Positions 10,084 to 19,277 of a DNA stretch of 64,000 nt are shown here, one piece after another. The notes beneath the pieces are model-generated. The model saw only the letters and a list, made by a program, of their open reading frames with translations. It did not search any database and was not told where the DNA came from. The translations under genes and the position numbers were made by a program. The stretch is from contig NZ_DATJJK010000021.1 of NCBI RefSeq assembly GCF_035492295.1, positions 3,825-67,824 on the forward strand, given 5' to 3'. The stretch is from Acidisoma sp. GTDB lineage: Bacteria; Pseudomonadota; Alphaproteobacteria; Acetobacterales; Acetobacteraceae. Position 1 is the stretch's first letter; each line of letters starts with the position of its first letter.

Positions 10084-11058
10084 ATGAAGCCCGGTGCGCC
10101 AGCGACCTTGAGCCCGTCGCACGACGCGCCTGCGGCTAGATTTGCGTTCTGGGAGGACTTCACCCGGTTCCTTGGCCGGCGTGAAGTTCTCCCGTTGCTT
10201 CTCTTGCTGCCGGTGCTCATCTTCTTCATCGTCTGGAACCTGATCCCGACCTTGTGGCTTTTGGGGTTGGGCTTCTATCGGTTCTCACTGACGAGTGGGC
10301 ATCCGCCGCGCTTCGCGGGCCTTTACAACTATCGGACCATCCTGAACGATTCCGGGATATGGCTCGATCTCAGCCGAACCTTTCTTTTCGTGTTCTTCGC
10401 CGTGGCTCTGGAGACGGTGCTTGGGATGGCACTCGGCCTGCTGTTCTGGAACAGTCATCGACTGCCGGGTCGCCGCATCGCTCTCACCATGCTTTTCGCG
10501 CCGATGGTGCTGACCCCAGTAGCCTCGGGCACCTTCTGGCGTCTCATCTATGACCCGACCTTCGGCGTGCTCAATTTCTTCATCCGCGGCCTTGGCTTTC
10601 ACAGCGTCGATTTCCTGGGCAACAGCAGCGTGGCCTTCGGCGCGGTGCTCGCGGTCGATATCTGGATGTGGACGCCGTTCATGGTGCTGATGACGCTGGC
10701 GGCGCTGGCCTCGGTGCCGAAGGCAGAACTGGAAGCGGCCGAGATCGATCGTCTTGCCTGGCATCAGCGGCTGCGGCTGATCGTGCTCCACCATGGCAAG
10801 TTCATCCTGATGCTGGGCATTCTTCTGCGCACCATTGATGCCTTCAAGACCATGGATCTCATTTACGACATGACCTATGGCGGACCCGGCTCAACGACGC
10901 AGCTCGTCGCCATGACGCTTTATCGGCGCGCCTTCGAGGCCTTCAATATGGGGTTTTCATCTGCGCTCGCCGTAATCCTGCTGCTGATCTCTATTGCCTT
11001 CACGGCCACGTTCATCTTCGTATTGCATTGGCGTGAGCGGCGGGAGGCATCGCCATGA
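10084..11058 (+). CDS. Carbohydrate ABC transporter permease (MalF-like)
   Basis: DIWMWTPF, EAAEID (EAA loop), TYGGPG. Confidence 0.9.
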   Translation: MKPGAPATLSPSHDAPAARFAFWEDFTRFLGRREVLPLLLLLPVLIFFIVWNLIPTLWLLGLGFYRFSLTSGHPPRFAGLYNYRTILNDSGIWLDLSRTFLFVFFAVALETVLGMALGLLFWNSHRLPGRRIALTMLFAPMVLTPVASGTFWRLIYDPTFGVLNFFIRGLGFHSVDFLGNSSVAFGAVLAVDIWMWTPFMVLMTLAALASVPKAELEAAEIDRLAWHQRLRLIVLHHGKFILMLGILLRTIDAFKTMDLIYDMTYGGPGSTTQLVAMTLYRRAFEAFNMGFSSALAVILLLISIAFTATFIFVLHWRERREASP

Positions 11059-11888
11059 GACAAACAACCTGGCGCGAGCACGGCTATCACGCATTGCTCT
11101 GGCTGGTGGCGCTGATCTTTTTCGCGCCCATTATCTGGATCGTGCTCTGTTCGTTCAAGACGGCGGATCAAATTCTGGCCGTCCCACCCAAACTCATCTT
11201 CACACCGACCGTCGCCAACTATGCCAAGCTCTTTTCGAGCAGTGCCTTTCCACGGGAGCTGTTCAACAGCGCCGTCCTGTCGGTGGCGGCGGTTGTGATC
11301 GCAGTTGCCGTGTCGTTCCTGGCTGCCTTTTCATTTTCCCGGTTCAAGCCGGCGGGCACGAATTTCCTGATGTTCCTGCTGCTCTCCATCCGCATGTTGC
11401 CGGGGTCGGCCGCTATTCTGCCGGTCTACCTCATGTATGTGGCCTTCGGCTGGAAGGACAGCTATGCGGGTATGATCCTGTTTTACGCCATGTTCTCCAT
11501 CCCCTTCTCGGTCTGGATCCTGAAGGGCTTCATTGACGGCGTCTCCCCGCGCTTTGATGAGACAGGCATCATCAACGGTGCCTCCTGGCTTCGGATCATC
11601 GCGCGCACCATTCTGCCGCAGGTAATGCCGGGTGTGATCGCCGCCTCCATCTTCAATTTCATTTTTGTTTGGAATGAATTCCTGTTCAACTACATCATCG
11701 GGGGACTTTCGACCTCCAATATTCCGGTGGCGCTGGCCAGCGGTCTTTATTCCAATGGCGGCGTTGACTGGACTTTCATCTCAGCCTTGACCACGGTTTA
11801 TATCGTGCCGCCGATCCTGGTCGTCTATTTCTTCCAGCGTTACTTGCTGGTGGGCATGACCTTCGGCACCGTGCGCGGGGAAGTGTAA
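11055..11888 (+). CDS. Carbohydrate ABC transporter permease (MalG-like)
   Basis: ATGA overlap with previous gene, WNEFL, FFQRYL, six TM helices. Confidence 0.9.
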   Translation: MRQTTWREHGYHALLWLVALIFFAPIIWIVLCSFKTADQILAVPPKLIFTPTVANYAKLFSSSAFPRELFNSAVLSVAAVVIAVAVSFLAAFSFSRFKPAGTNFLMFLLLSIRMLPGSAAILPVYLMYVAFGWKDSYAGMILFYAMFSIPFSVWILKGFIDGVSPRFDETGIINGASWLRIIARTILPQVMPGVIAASIFNFIFVWNEFLFNYIIGGLSTSNIPVALASGLYSNGGVDWTFISALTTVYIVPPILVVYFFQRYLLVGMTFGTVRGEV

Positions 11889-12163
11889 TGCGCGGAATTG
11901 TGCCACGCGCGGAACTCGCGCTCATCCTCATCATGGTTCTAGGCTTCTTGCTGATCGTGCAGCAATGGAGCTTCGGCCTCTATCAGATCGGACTTCTGAC
12001 CGTCATGACGGCCACGATCCTCAATATCGCAGTGGGCAACCTGCCGCGCACCGCGGGTCTTTGGCAGGCACTGCGCCTTACCGTGCTGCTGCTCTTCATT
12101 GTCGCCGCCGTCTTCGTCATCGGGATCCTTCTGGTCCCCTATCTTGCGCGGCTCGGCGGATGA
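11888..12163 (+). CDS. Small (91 aa) three-TM membrane protein inside the ABC operon
   Basis: TAATG and ATGA overlaps with both neighbours; almost entirely hydrophobic. Confidence 0.75.
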   Translation: MRGIVPRAELALILIMVLGFLLIVQQWSFGLYQIGLLTVMTATILNIAVGNLPRTAGLWQALRLTVLLLFIVAAVFVIGILLVPYLARLGG

Positions 12164-13239
12164 GCACAGTGCGGCTTGAAGGCGTCAGCCGATCCTACCG
12201 TAATGTCCGCGCGCTGGATGATGTCACGGTCGAGATCGCGTCACGCAGCCTTACCGTACTCTGCGGGCCGCCGGCCGCAGGCAAATCGGTGCTGCTCCGG
12301 CTGCTGGTCGGTCTGGAGCAGCCGAGTGCGGGTCGCATTCTTATCGATGACCGAGACATCACCGACCTTCCAGCGGCGCAGCGCCGGATCGGCTATGTGC
12401 CGCAATCCTTCGCCCTTTTCCCGCATGTCAGCGTCTTCGACAATATCGCCTATCCGCTGACCTTGCAGAAAGTGGGACGCGCCGAAATCAAGCGCCGCGT
12501 CGACCAGGTTGCAGATATTTTGCGGATCAAACCGTTGCTGTCCAAGCGCCCCGCTCAGCTCAGCGGCGGGGAAAAGCAACGGACGGCGATTGCCCGCGGC
12601 ATGTTGAAAAACGCCGAGCTCTTCCTTTTAGATGATCCGCTCGTCGGCCTTGATTTCAAGCTCCGTGAGAGTCTGATGGAGGATCTCAAGGACATGCGGG
12701 CCGAGCTTGGCGCGACCTTCCTCTATGTGACCTCCGACAGCCTGGAGGCGCTGACCATGGCCGAGAACCTGATCGTGCTCGATGCCGGTCGTGTCGTCGA
12801 TGTCAATGCGGCCGGCGACCTGTATCGCACCCCCCGGCATCTCCGTGCGGCGGAGCTCGTCGGCTTCCCACGCTGTAACATGCTGGCCGGCAGGCTGGAA
12901 CCGGGCAGCCTATGCCGTACCGGGATCGTCGATTTTCACCTTTCGGCACCGACCAATTTCGTTGGCGAGGTCGCCGTCGCTGCCCGTCCGGAGCATCTTT
13001 TGCATGACCCCGGCGGGATGCCGTCAACGATCCGCCTGATGGAGAATATCGGCGCGGAATGCGTCGTCTATTTCGAGACCGGGGGCGAGACCCTTGTCAC
13101 CTCCGTGCCATCACCGAGTGTGGCGCATTTGGACATGGGCTCGCCCTTTCCCTTCGCGATCAATGTCGACGGGCTTCTGGTCTATGACCGCGCCTCCGGA
13201 GCACTGCTGGGTCGCGGCCAAGGGGGCCAGAATGCCTGA
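12160..13239 (+). CDS. ABC transporter ATP-binding protein (degenerate Walker B and H-switch)
   Basis: GPPAAGKS, LSGGE, FLLDDP, VTSD; likely start MSTVRL at 12160. Confidence 0.88.
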   Translation: MSTVRLEGVSRSYRNVRALDDVTVEIASRSLTVLCGPPAAGKSVLLRLLVGLEQPSAGRILIDDRDITDLPAAQRRIGYVPQSFALFPHVSVFDNIAYPLTLQKVGRAEIKRRVDQVADILRIKPLLSKRPAQLSGGEKQRTAIARGMLKNAELFLLDDPLVGLDFKLRESLMEDLKDMRAELGATFLYVTSDSLEALTMAENLIVLDAGRVVDVNAAGDLYRTPRHLRAAELVGFPRCNMLAGRLEPGSLCRTGIVDFHLSAPTNFVGEVAVAARPEHLLHDPGGMPSTIRLMENIGAECVVYFETGGETLVTSVPSPSVAHLDMGSPFPFAINVDGLLVYDRASGALLGRGQGGQNA

Positions 13240-14314
13240 CATCCGCCTCTCTCACATCACGCGCAGTTTCGGCGCCTTCAAAGCCGTCGACGACATCACG
13301 ACGGTCTTCCCCGAAGGCACCGTGACCTGCCTGCTCGGTCCGTCGGGCTGCGGTAAGACGACGCTCATGCGGATGATCGCCGGGCTGGAAACGCCCACTA
13401 CCGGTAGCATCAATTTCGGTGACCGCGACGTCACGCAGCTCGCAGCCGGCCAGCGGGATGTCGCCATGGTCTTCCAGTATCCGGTGATGTACTCAACCTG
13501 CAGCGTCATCGAGAATATCGAGCTGCCCTTACGCCGGGATCGCTCGCTGTCCGCCGCCGAGTGCCGACGCCGGGCGGACGAGGTGCTGGAGGTGCTGCAA
13601 TTGGGCGCGGATCGCCACGCTCATATCCGTGACCTCGATATCGGTACACGGCAGAAGGTGGCCGTCGGCCGCGCCATCGCGCGCCGATGCGACGTCATCC
13701 TGTTTGATGAGCCGACGACGAATGTGGAGGTGCATGCCAAGCTGGCGCTGATCCGCGCCTTCAAGGAGTTCCGCGCCCGGCTGCGCCAGACCGTGATCTA
13801 TGTCACCCATGACCAGACTGAGGCGATGACACTCGCCGATCAGATCGCGCTCATGCAATCCGGCCGCATCTCCCAATGCGCGGCACCGCATGTCATGTAC
13901 GACAAGCCCGAGAGCCGCTTCGGTGGCTGGTTCCTGGGCAACCCGGGCATGAATTTCCTCGCTCCCCGCAACCGCGAGGGCGCGACGCTGCGTTTCGACG
14001 TGCTGCCAGGGGCGCTGGCCCTGCCCGCGGCGACCACGGGCGAGGTTTCGCTCGGTATCCGGCCGGAGCATGTCGATGTCCTGCCGGCGCCCACTGCGGA
14101 GACGGTGCCGGCCCGTATCCTCCGCTCCAGCATCACGATCGGTGGGCAGAATCTGCTGAGTCTGGTCGTGGGGGAGACGCGGCTCAAGGCCAAGACGGCA
14201 CCGGGTATCCCGCCTGAGGATGGTGCGACGGTTTTCGTCCGCTGCCCGCTGGAGCATGCGGTGTTCTTCGTGGACGGATTGCGTTTGCCGGAGGCAGTCC
14301 AGCGCGCTGGCTAG
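13232..14314 (+). CDS. ABC transporter ATP-binding protein (degenerate signature motif)
   Basis: GPSGCGKT, LDIGTRQK in place of LSGGQ, LFDEP, VTHD; likely start MPDIRL at 13232. Confidence 0.88.
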   Translation: MPDIRLSHITRSFGAFKAVDDITTVFPEGTVTCLLGPSGCGKTTLMRMIAGLETPTTGSINFGDRDVTQLAAGQRDVAMVFQYPVMYSTCSVIENIELPLRRDRSLSAAECRRRADEVLEVLQLGADRHAHIRDLDIGTRQKVAVGRAIARRCDVILFDEPTTNVEVHAKLALIRAFKEFRARLRQTVIYVTHDQTEAMTLADQIALMQSGRISQCAAPHVMYDKPESRFGGWFLGNPGMNFLAPRNREGATLRFDVLPGALALPAATTGEVSLGIRPEHVDVLPAPTAETVPARILRSSITIGGQNLLSLVVGETRLKAKTAPGIPPEDGATVFVRCPLEHAVFFVDGLRLPEAVQRAG

Positions 14315-14373
14315 CGTCCGATCCGTGAATTACACCCTGATCAATGACTTGGAGTGAGGGGAGGCTGAGTGCC

Positions 14374-15594
14374 ATGACGAAGGCGCGCGTCTATGTAGTC
14401 GGGACCTGTGACACGAAGGGGGCCGAACTATCCTATGTCCGGCAACTCATCGCCGAGCGGGGACATAGGGTGACGCTCGTGGACGTGTCGACCCGCAGCT
14501 TCGAACCGGCGCCCAATATTGCCGCGCCCGATATTAGCGCGGCCGAGGTCGCGGCTCACCATCCCGCGGGCGTGGACGCTGTCTTCACCGGTGATCGCGG
14601 CCGATCGGTGGCCGCCATGGCGGAGGCGCTGACCGCGTTCATGTGCGCGCAGGATGATATCGGGGGTGTCATAGGCCTCGGTGGGTCGGGTGGCACGGCG
14701 CTGGTTGCGCCCGCGATGCGCGCGCTGCCCATAGGCACGCCGAAGCTCATGGTCTCGACCGTCGCCTCTAGTAATGTTGCACCCTATGTAGGGGCCAGCG
14801 ACATCACGATGATGTATTCGGTCACCGATCTCGCCGGGTTGAACCGCATTTCCCGCATCGTGCTTGCGAATGCTGCCCATGCCATCTCGGGCATGGTGGA
14901 GACGGCACCACCTTCGGCCGCCTCGGACAAGCCTGCCGTGGGCATCACCATGTTTGGTGTCACCACGCCCTGCGTGAACCGCCTGGTCGAACTCCTGAGT
15001 GGCAGCCATGACTGCCTCGTGTTCCACGCAACCGGCACCGGTGGCCAGTCCATGGAGAAGCTGGCAGAGTCCGGCCTGCTGCAAGCTGTGATCGACGTGA
15101 CGACGACGGAGGTCTGCGACCTGCTGATGGGCGGCGTCTTTCCCTGCACCGAGGACCGGTTCGGCGCCATAGCGCGGACAGGCCTACCCTATGTCGGCTC
15201 CTGCGGTGCGCTCGATATGGTCAATTTTGGCGCGCAGGAGACGGTGCCGGCTCAGTATAAGGGCCGCAATCTCTATATCCACAATCCTCAGGTCACGCTC
15301 ATGCGCACCACACCAGAGGAAAATGCACGCATGGGCCGCTGGATCGGAGAGCGGCTCAATCGCTGCGAGGGGCTCGTGCGCTTTCTGCTGCCTGAAGGCG
15401 GGGTCTCGGTGCTGGATGCGCCGGGCATGGCCTTTCACGACCCGGCCGCCGACGAAGCGTTGTTCGCAGCACTGGAGCAGACGGTCATTCAAACTGCACG
15501 CCGGCAGTTGCTTCGGCTGCCCTATGCGCTCAATGATCCGCTTTTCGCGGATGCGCTGCGCGATCAGTTTCGCGCGGTGCTGGAGGAGGTTTGA
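14374..15594 (+). CDS. Tm-1-like ATP-binding domain protein (UPF0261)
   Basis: [43 protein letters not shown]. Confidence 0.88.
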   Translation: MTKARVYVVGTCDTKGAELSYVRQLIAERGHRVTLVDVSTRSFEPAPNIAAPDISAAEVAAHHPAGVDAVFTGDRGRSVAAMAEALTAFMCAQDDIGGVIGLGGSGGTALVAPAMRALPIGTPKLMVSTVASSNVAPYVGASDITMMYSVTDLAGLNRISRIVLANAAHAISGMVETAPPSAASDKPAVGITMFGVTTPCVNRLVELLSGSHDCLVFHATGTGGQSMEKLAESGLLQAVIDVTTTEVCDLLMGGVFPCTEDRFGAIARTGLPYVGSCGALDMVNFGAQETVPAQYKGRNLYIHNPQVTLMRTTPEENARMGRWIGERLNRCEGLVRFLLPEGGVSVLDAPGMAFHDPAADEALFAALEQTVIQTARRQLLRLPYALNDPLFADALRDQFRAVLEEV

Positions 15595-15595
15595 G

Positions 15596-16426
15596 ATGGC
15601 ACGCATGAACCGGGCAAAGTTGATGGATCGGTTCCAGTCCATGGCACGGGCAGGCCAGCCGATTCTAGGCGGGGGCGCCGGCACCGGGCTCTCCGCCAAA
15701 TGCGAGGAGGCGGGCGGGATCGACCTCATCGTCATCTACAATTCCGGCCGCTACCGCATGGCGGGGCGCGGCTCCCTCGCCGGCATGCTGGCCTACGGCA
15801 ATGCCAATGAGATCGTGGTTGAGATGGCGCGGGAAGTGCTGCCCGTGGTGCGCCACACGCCGGTTCTGGCCGGCGTCAACGGCACCGACCCGTTTTGCAA
15901 TCTCGACTATTTTCTCGATCAGCTCGCAGCCCTTGGCTTTTCCGGCGTGCAGAATTTCCCGACCGTGGGGCTGATCGACGGCACCTTCCGGGCGGGGTTG
16001 GAGGAGACCGGCATGGGCTACGGGCTGGAGGTGGAGATGATCCGCCTGGCGCATGCCAAGGACCTTCTCACCACGCCCTATGTCTTCAATCCTGACGAGG
16101 CGACCGCGATGGCGGAGGCCGGGGCGGATATCCTGGTCGCGCATATGGGGCTGACCACCGGCGGCGCGATCGGGGCCTCGACCGCGCTCACGCTCGATGA
16201 TTGCGTGGAGCGGATCAATGCAATCGGGAAGGCCGGGCGCGCGGTGCGGCCCGACATTCTCTTGCTCTGTCATGGCGGGCCGATCGCCGAGCCCGAGGAC
16301 GCGCAGTATGTGCTGGCGCGCTGCCCGGATTGCCACGGTTTTTACGGCGCCTCCAGCATGGAGCGGCTGCCGAGCGAAAGGGCGCTGATCGAGCGGACGC
16401 GCCGCTTCAAGCAAATCACCCGCTGA
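15596..16426 (+). CDS. Phosphoenolpyruvate-hydrolase-like TIM-barrel protein (homologue of the Tm-1 C-terminal part)
   Basis: [51 protein letters not shown]; GGAGGAGG RBS. Confidence 0.88.
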   Translation: MARMNRAKLMDRFQSMARAGQPILGGGAGTGLSAKCEEAGGIDLIVIYNSGRYRMAGRGSLAGMLAYGNANEIVVEMAREVLPVVRHTPVLAGVNGTDPFCNLDYFLDQLAALGFSGVQNFPTVGLIDGTFRAGLEETGMGYGLEVEMIRLAHAKDLLTTPYVFNPDEATAMAEAGADILVAHMGLTTGGAIGASTALTLDDCVERINAIGKAGRAVRPDILLLCHGGPIAEPEDAQYVLARCPDCHGFYGASSMERLPSERALIERTRRFKQITR

Positions 16427-16449
16427 GCGGCGGGGAAGGGGAGGACAGC

Positions 16450-17382
16450 ATGGCACGGGCTTACGCGAGTGCGATCATCGAAGCGCCGGTCGAAGCCGTC
16501 TGGGCGGCGATCCGTGATTTCGGCGCTTTGGCGTCCTGGCATCCCGCTCTCGCCTTCAGCGAGATCGAGGGCGGCGGCGATCCGGATGTGGTCGGCTGTG
16601 TCCGCAACCTGAAACTGGAGGGCGGTGGCACGGCAAGCGAGCGGCTGCTGATGCTGGACGATAGCCGCTATACCTTCTCCTATAGTTTCGAGACGCCGGC
16701 TTTCCCGATCGACAATTACGTGGCGACGATCGAACTCATCCCCGTCACCAATGGTGATAAGACCTTCGCGCAATGGACCGGCACCTTCGATCCGCGGCCG
16801 GAAGAGACGGGCGATTACGCCGAGCTGATATCGAACGCCGTCTTCGCCGCGGGATGGGCGGCTTTGGCCGAGAAGCTGAAGGGTGCTACCGCTCCAGCAG
16901 GGCAGGGGCCGCGCTGGCAGGGAATGCGGCCAGCCAAGATCTTCTGCTCGTCCATTATCGCGGCGCCTGCTGCAGAAGTGTGGTCGGTCGTGCGCGACTT
17001 CGCGAGCATGGACCAATGGCACCCGGATATCGCCGACATGAGCATGAAGGGCGGCGTGTCGTCAGCGAAAGTCTCGGGTGTCCGCAGCTTCCGCGTCGGC
17101 GAGGGGGCTCTGGAAGAGCAGCTTACCCTTCTCTCCGATCCTGACCTCGCCTTCCGCTACCGCATCGTGAAGAGCGAGTTACCTTGGTTGAATTATCATG
17201 CCGGGTTGCGTCTTTACCCAGTCACGGCGGGAAGTGGGTGTTGCGCTGTGTGGACAGCAGACTGGACAGCGGCACCTCAGGATGATCTGCAGCTGATCCC
17301 CTTCGTGCATAACGACGTCTTTCAACGCGCCTTTGACACGCTGGCGGCCCAGCTTTCGTCTGGCGCACCGACATCCGTTTAG
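16450..17382 (+). CDS. Tandem two-domain SRPBCC (polyketide cyclase/MxaD-like) protein
   Basis: Repeated motif IEAPVEAVWAAIRDFGALASWHP / IAAPAAEVWSVVRDFASMDQWHP; GAGGA RBS. Confidence 0.82.
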   Translation: MARAYASAIIEAPVEAVWAAIRDFGALASWHPALAFSEIEGGGDPDVVGCVRNLKLEGGGTASERLLMLDDSRYTFSYSFETPAFPIDNYVATIELIPVTNGDKTFAQWTGTFDPRPEETGDYAELISNAVFAAGWAALAEKLKGATAPAGQGPRWQGMRPAKIFCSSIIAAPAAEVWSVVRDFASMDQWHPDIADMSMKGGVSSAKVSGVRSFRVGEGALEEQLTLLSDPDLAFRYRIVKSELPWLNYHAGLRLYPVTAGSGCCAVWTADWTAAPQDDLQLIPFVHNDVFQRAFDTLAAQLSSGAPTSV

Positions 17383-17393
17383 GGTTTGACGGT

Positions 17394-17427
17394 TTCAGAT
17401 TGAATGGCGCGCGCCATTCAATCTGAA
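17394..17427. repeat. Perfect 34-bp palindrome between convergent genes (REP/RIME-like element or bidirectional terminator)
   Basis: TTCAGATTGAATGGCGC|GCGCCATTCAATCTGAA, no spacer, no mismatch. Confidence 0.8.
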
Positions 17428-17450
17428 CGTGGATCACAGGCGAGGCTTGC

Positions 17451-18350
17451 CTACCGGCGGTCGGCCGTCGCGGGACCGGACAGCCCGGATAACTGCTCCA
17501 GGACCTGATAGACGACCGCTGAGTCCAATGAGCCTTTTCCCTGCGCGCGCGCGGCGCGAAGCACATGCAGAGCCGCGCCCGCAACGGGCGTTGCCGCGCC
17601 CAGGCGATCGGCAAGACTGACGGCGGTCGCGAGATCCTTGTGCATGTTGTCGGTGGAGAAATGGGGAGTGAAATCTCCAGAGATCATGCGTGCCCCGCGC
17701 GTCTCCATGGCACCCGTGCGTGCGCCCCCCACGCTTGTGATCTGCCGCACGCAGTCCGGGTCGATCCCAGCCATGCGGGCCAGCACCAAGGCTTCCGCCA
17801 CAGCCTCGATGGCAACGCCGAGGATGAGGTTATTGACGAGCTTCAGGGTGGAACCGGCGCCGGAAGGGCCGGCATGGACGATTACCGCCGACAGGGCTTC
17901 AAGCACCGGCCGGACCTGCGCCAGTGTTTCCGCCGCACCACCCACCATGATGCCAAGCTTGCCCGCCTCGGCCACTTTGGGATTGCCCGTTACCGGCGCG
18001 TCCAGCATCGCAACTCCGCGCGCTTCCGCCTGGGCTGCGATGGCGCGGGACATCTCCGGCGCAATCGATGCCATGTCGATAAGGATCGTGCCCGGCCGGG
18101 CATGGTCGAGCACGCCATCCTTGCCGCAGATCACCGCTTCGGACGCTGCCGCATCCGTCACCATGGTCATCACGACGTCGGACTCCCGGCTCAGCGCGCT
18201 GATCCGCTCGGCCCAGTGCGCCCCGGCCTCTAGCGCCGCAGCCGCTTTTGCCTGTGTCCGGTTCCAGACAGTGACTTCGAAACCAGCCTTGCGGAGATTG
18301 AGGACCACGGGCGTCCCCATCATGCCAAGCCCGATAAAGCCGATGCGCAT
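17451..18350 (-). CDS. NAD(P)-dependent beta-hydroxyacid dehydrogenase (3-hydroxyisobutyrate dehydrogenase family)
   Basis: GFIGLGMMG, WNRT, LDAPVTG, KLVNN, HKDL; start MRIGF at 18350. Confidence 0.9.
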   Translation of the reverse strand: MRIGFIGLGMMGTPVVLNLRKAGFEVTVWNRTQAKAAAALEAGAHWAERISALSRESDVVMTMVTDAAASEAVICGKDGVLDHARPGTILIDMASIAPEMSRAIAAQAEARGVAMLDAPVTGNPKVAEAGKLGIMVGGAAETLAQVRPVLEALSAVIVHAGPSGAGSTLKLVNNLILGVAIEAVAEALVLARMAGIDPDCVRQITSVGGARTGAMETRGARMISGDFTPHFSTDNMHKDLATAVSLADRLGAATPVAGAALHVLRAARAQGKGSLDSAVVYQVLEQLSGLSGPATADRR

Positions 18351-18452
18351 GCCTTGTTTCCCCCTAAGGTCCGCGTCAAGGCGGACCAAAGCAACCATTA
18401 AGAGCCAATTTGGTGCCTGCCCAGCCCCAGACTGTCAAGCAGGGCGCTGCTT

Positions 18453-19172
18453 CTACTCGCCGAACATATAGGCTCGGACGTAGAGGATATGCTCGCGCAT
18501 GAGGCTGCGGGCGGCGTCGCGGTCACGGTCGCAAAGGCTGGCGACGATATTCGTATGCTGCGTGTGCAGGGCGCGGCGATGTTCCGGGGTCATGCTGCGA
18601 GCCTTGAGTTGCCCCCATTCGCCGCGCGTTCTGACGACGGCGAGGGCCCGCGCCATGGCGACGATCGTCTGGTTGTGAGTTGCGAGCGCGATCGCCTCAT
18701 GCAGCGCGCCGTCCCAATGCTCGAACTCTTCCACGCCGGTAGCCGCGGCACCGCCCTTCAGGCAGCTTGCAAGCCGTTCAAGATCTGCCTGAGTCGCGCG
18801 CGCAACAGCCAAAGGGGCCATCTCGGGCTCGAAGATCAGGCGGCATTCAACCACGCTCGCCGGGCTGAGCGAATCCGAACTCGGCAGAAAGGCCTCCTCG
18901 GCCGAGGCGTTGCCGCCGGCTTTGAACGTCCCGCGTCCGACATGGCGAATGATCAGCTTTTCCTGTTCCAGCACCTGCAAGGCGCGCCGGACAGTGTTGC
19001 GGGAGACTCCATAAGTCTCTCCCAGTTCCCGTTCGGTCGGCAGCTTGTCACCCACGCGCCAGCGCGGTGAGCCGATTTCACGGCCGAGCAGCCGTCTCAG
19101 TGTCTCTGCGTCGCCGCGCACCGATCCCTCGGTACTCGACTCGGCCTCACGTCCAGGTGTGTCAGCGCTCAT
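18453..19172 (-). CDS. GntR/FadR-family transcriptional regulator
   Basis: GDKLPTERELGETYGVSRNTVRRAL; FCD C-terminal domain. Confidence 0.9.
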   Translation of the reverse strand: MSADTPGREAESSTEGSVRGDAETLRRLLGREIGSPRWRVGDKLPTERELGETYGVSRNTVRRALQVLEQEKLIIRHVGRGTFKAGGNASAEEAFLPSSDSLSPASVVECRLIFEPEMAPLAVARATQADLERLASCLKGGAAATGVEEFEHWDGALHEAIALATHNQTIVAMARALAVVRTRGEWGQLKARSMTPEHRRALHTQHTNIVASLCDRDRDAARSLMREHILYVRAYMFGE

Positions 19173-19195
19173 GAGTCCGACTTGACATGGCTTAG

Positions 19196-19274
19196 CCAAT
19201 GACTGCAAATTGGTTCCTAATTGGAAGCACAAATAAGAAAATTGGTCTAGATTGGATCACTCTAGATTGGATCA
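19196..19274. promoter_or_regulatory. Cluster of ATTGG half-sites and a 14-bp tandem repeat in the divergent FadR promoter region
   Basis: ATTGG at 19209, 19220, 19241, 19251, 19266, inverted CCAAT at 19196; TCTAGATTGGATCA at 19246-19259 and 19261-19274. Confidence 0.6.
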
Positions 19275-19277
19275 AGA

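Noticed and set aside
11965-16449. N-terminal extensions in the ORF track (11965, 13094, 15191, 16201; also 5790, 26020, 29101, 51017, 56775)
   Set aside because: Most overlap upstream genes; RBS positions and ATGA-type overlaps point to later starts
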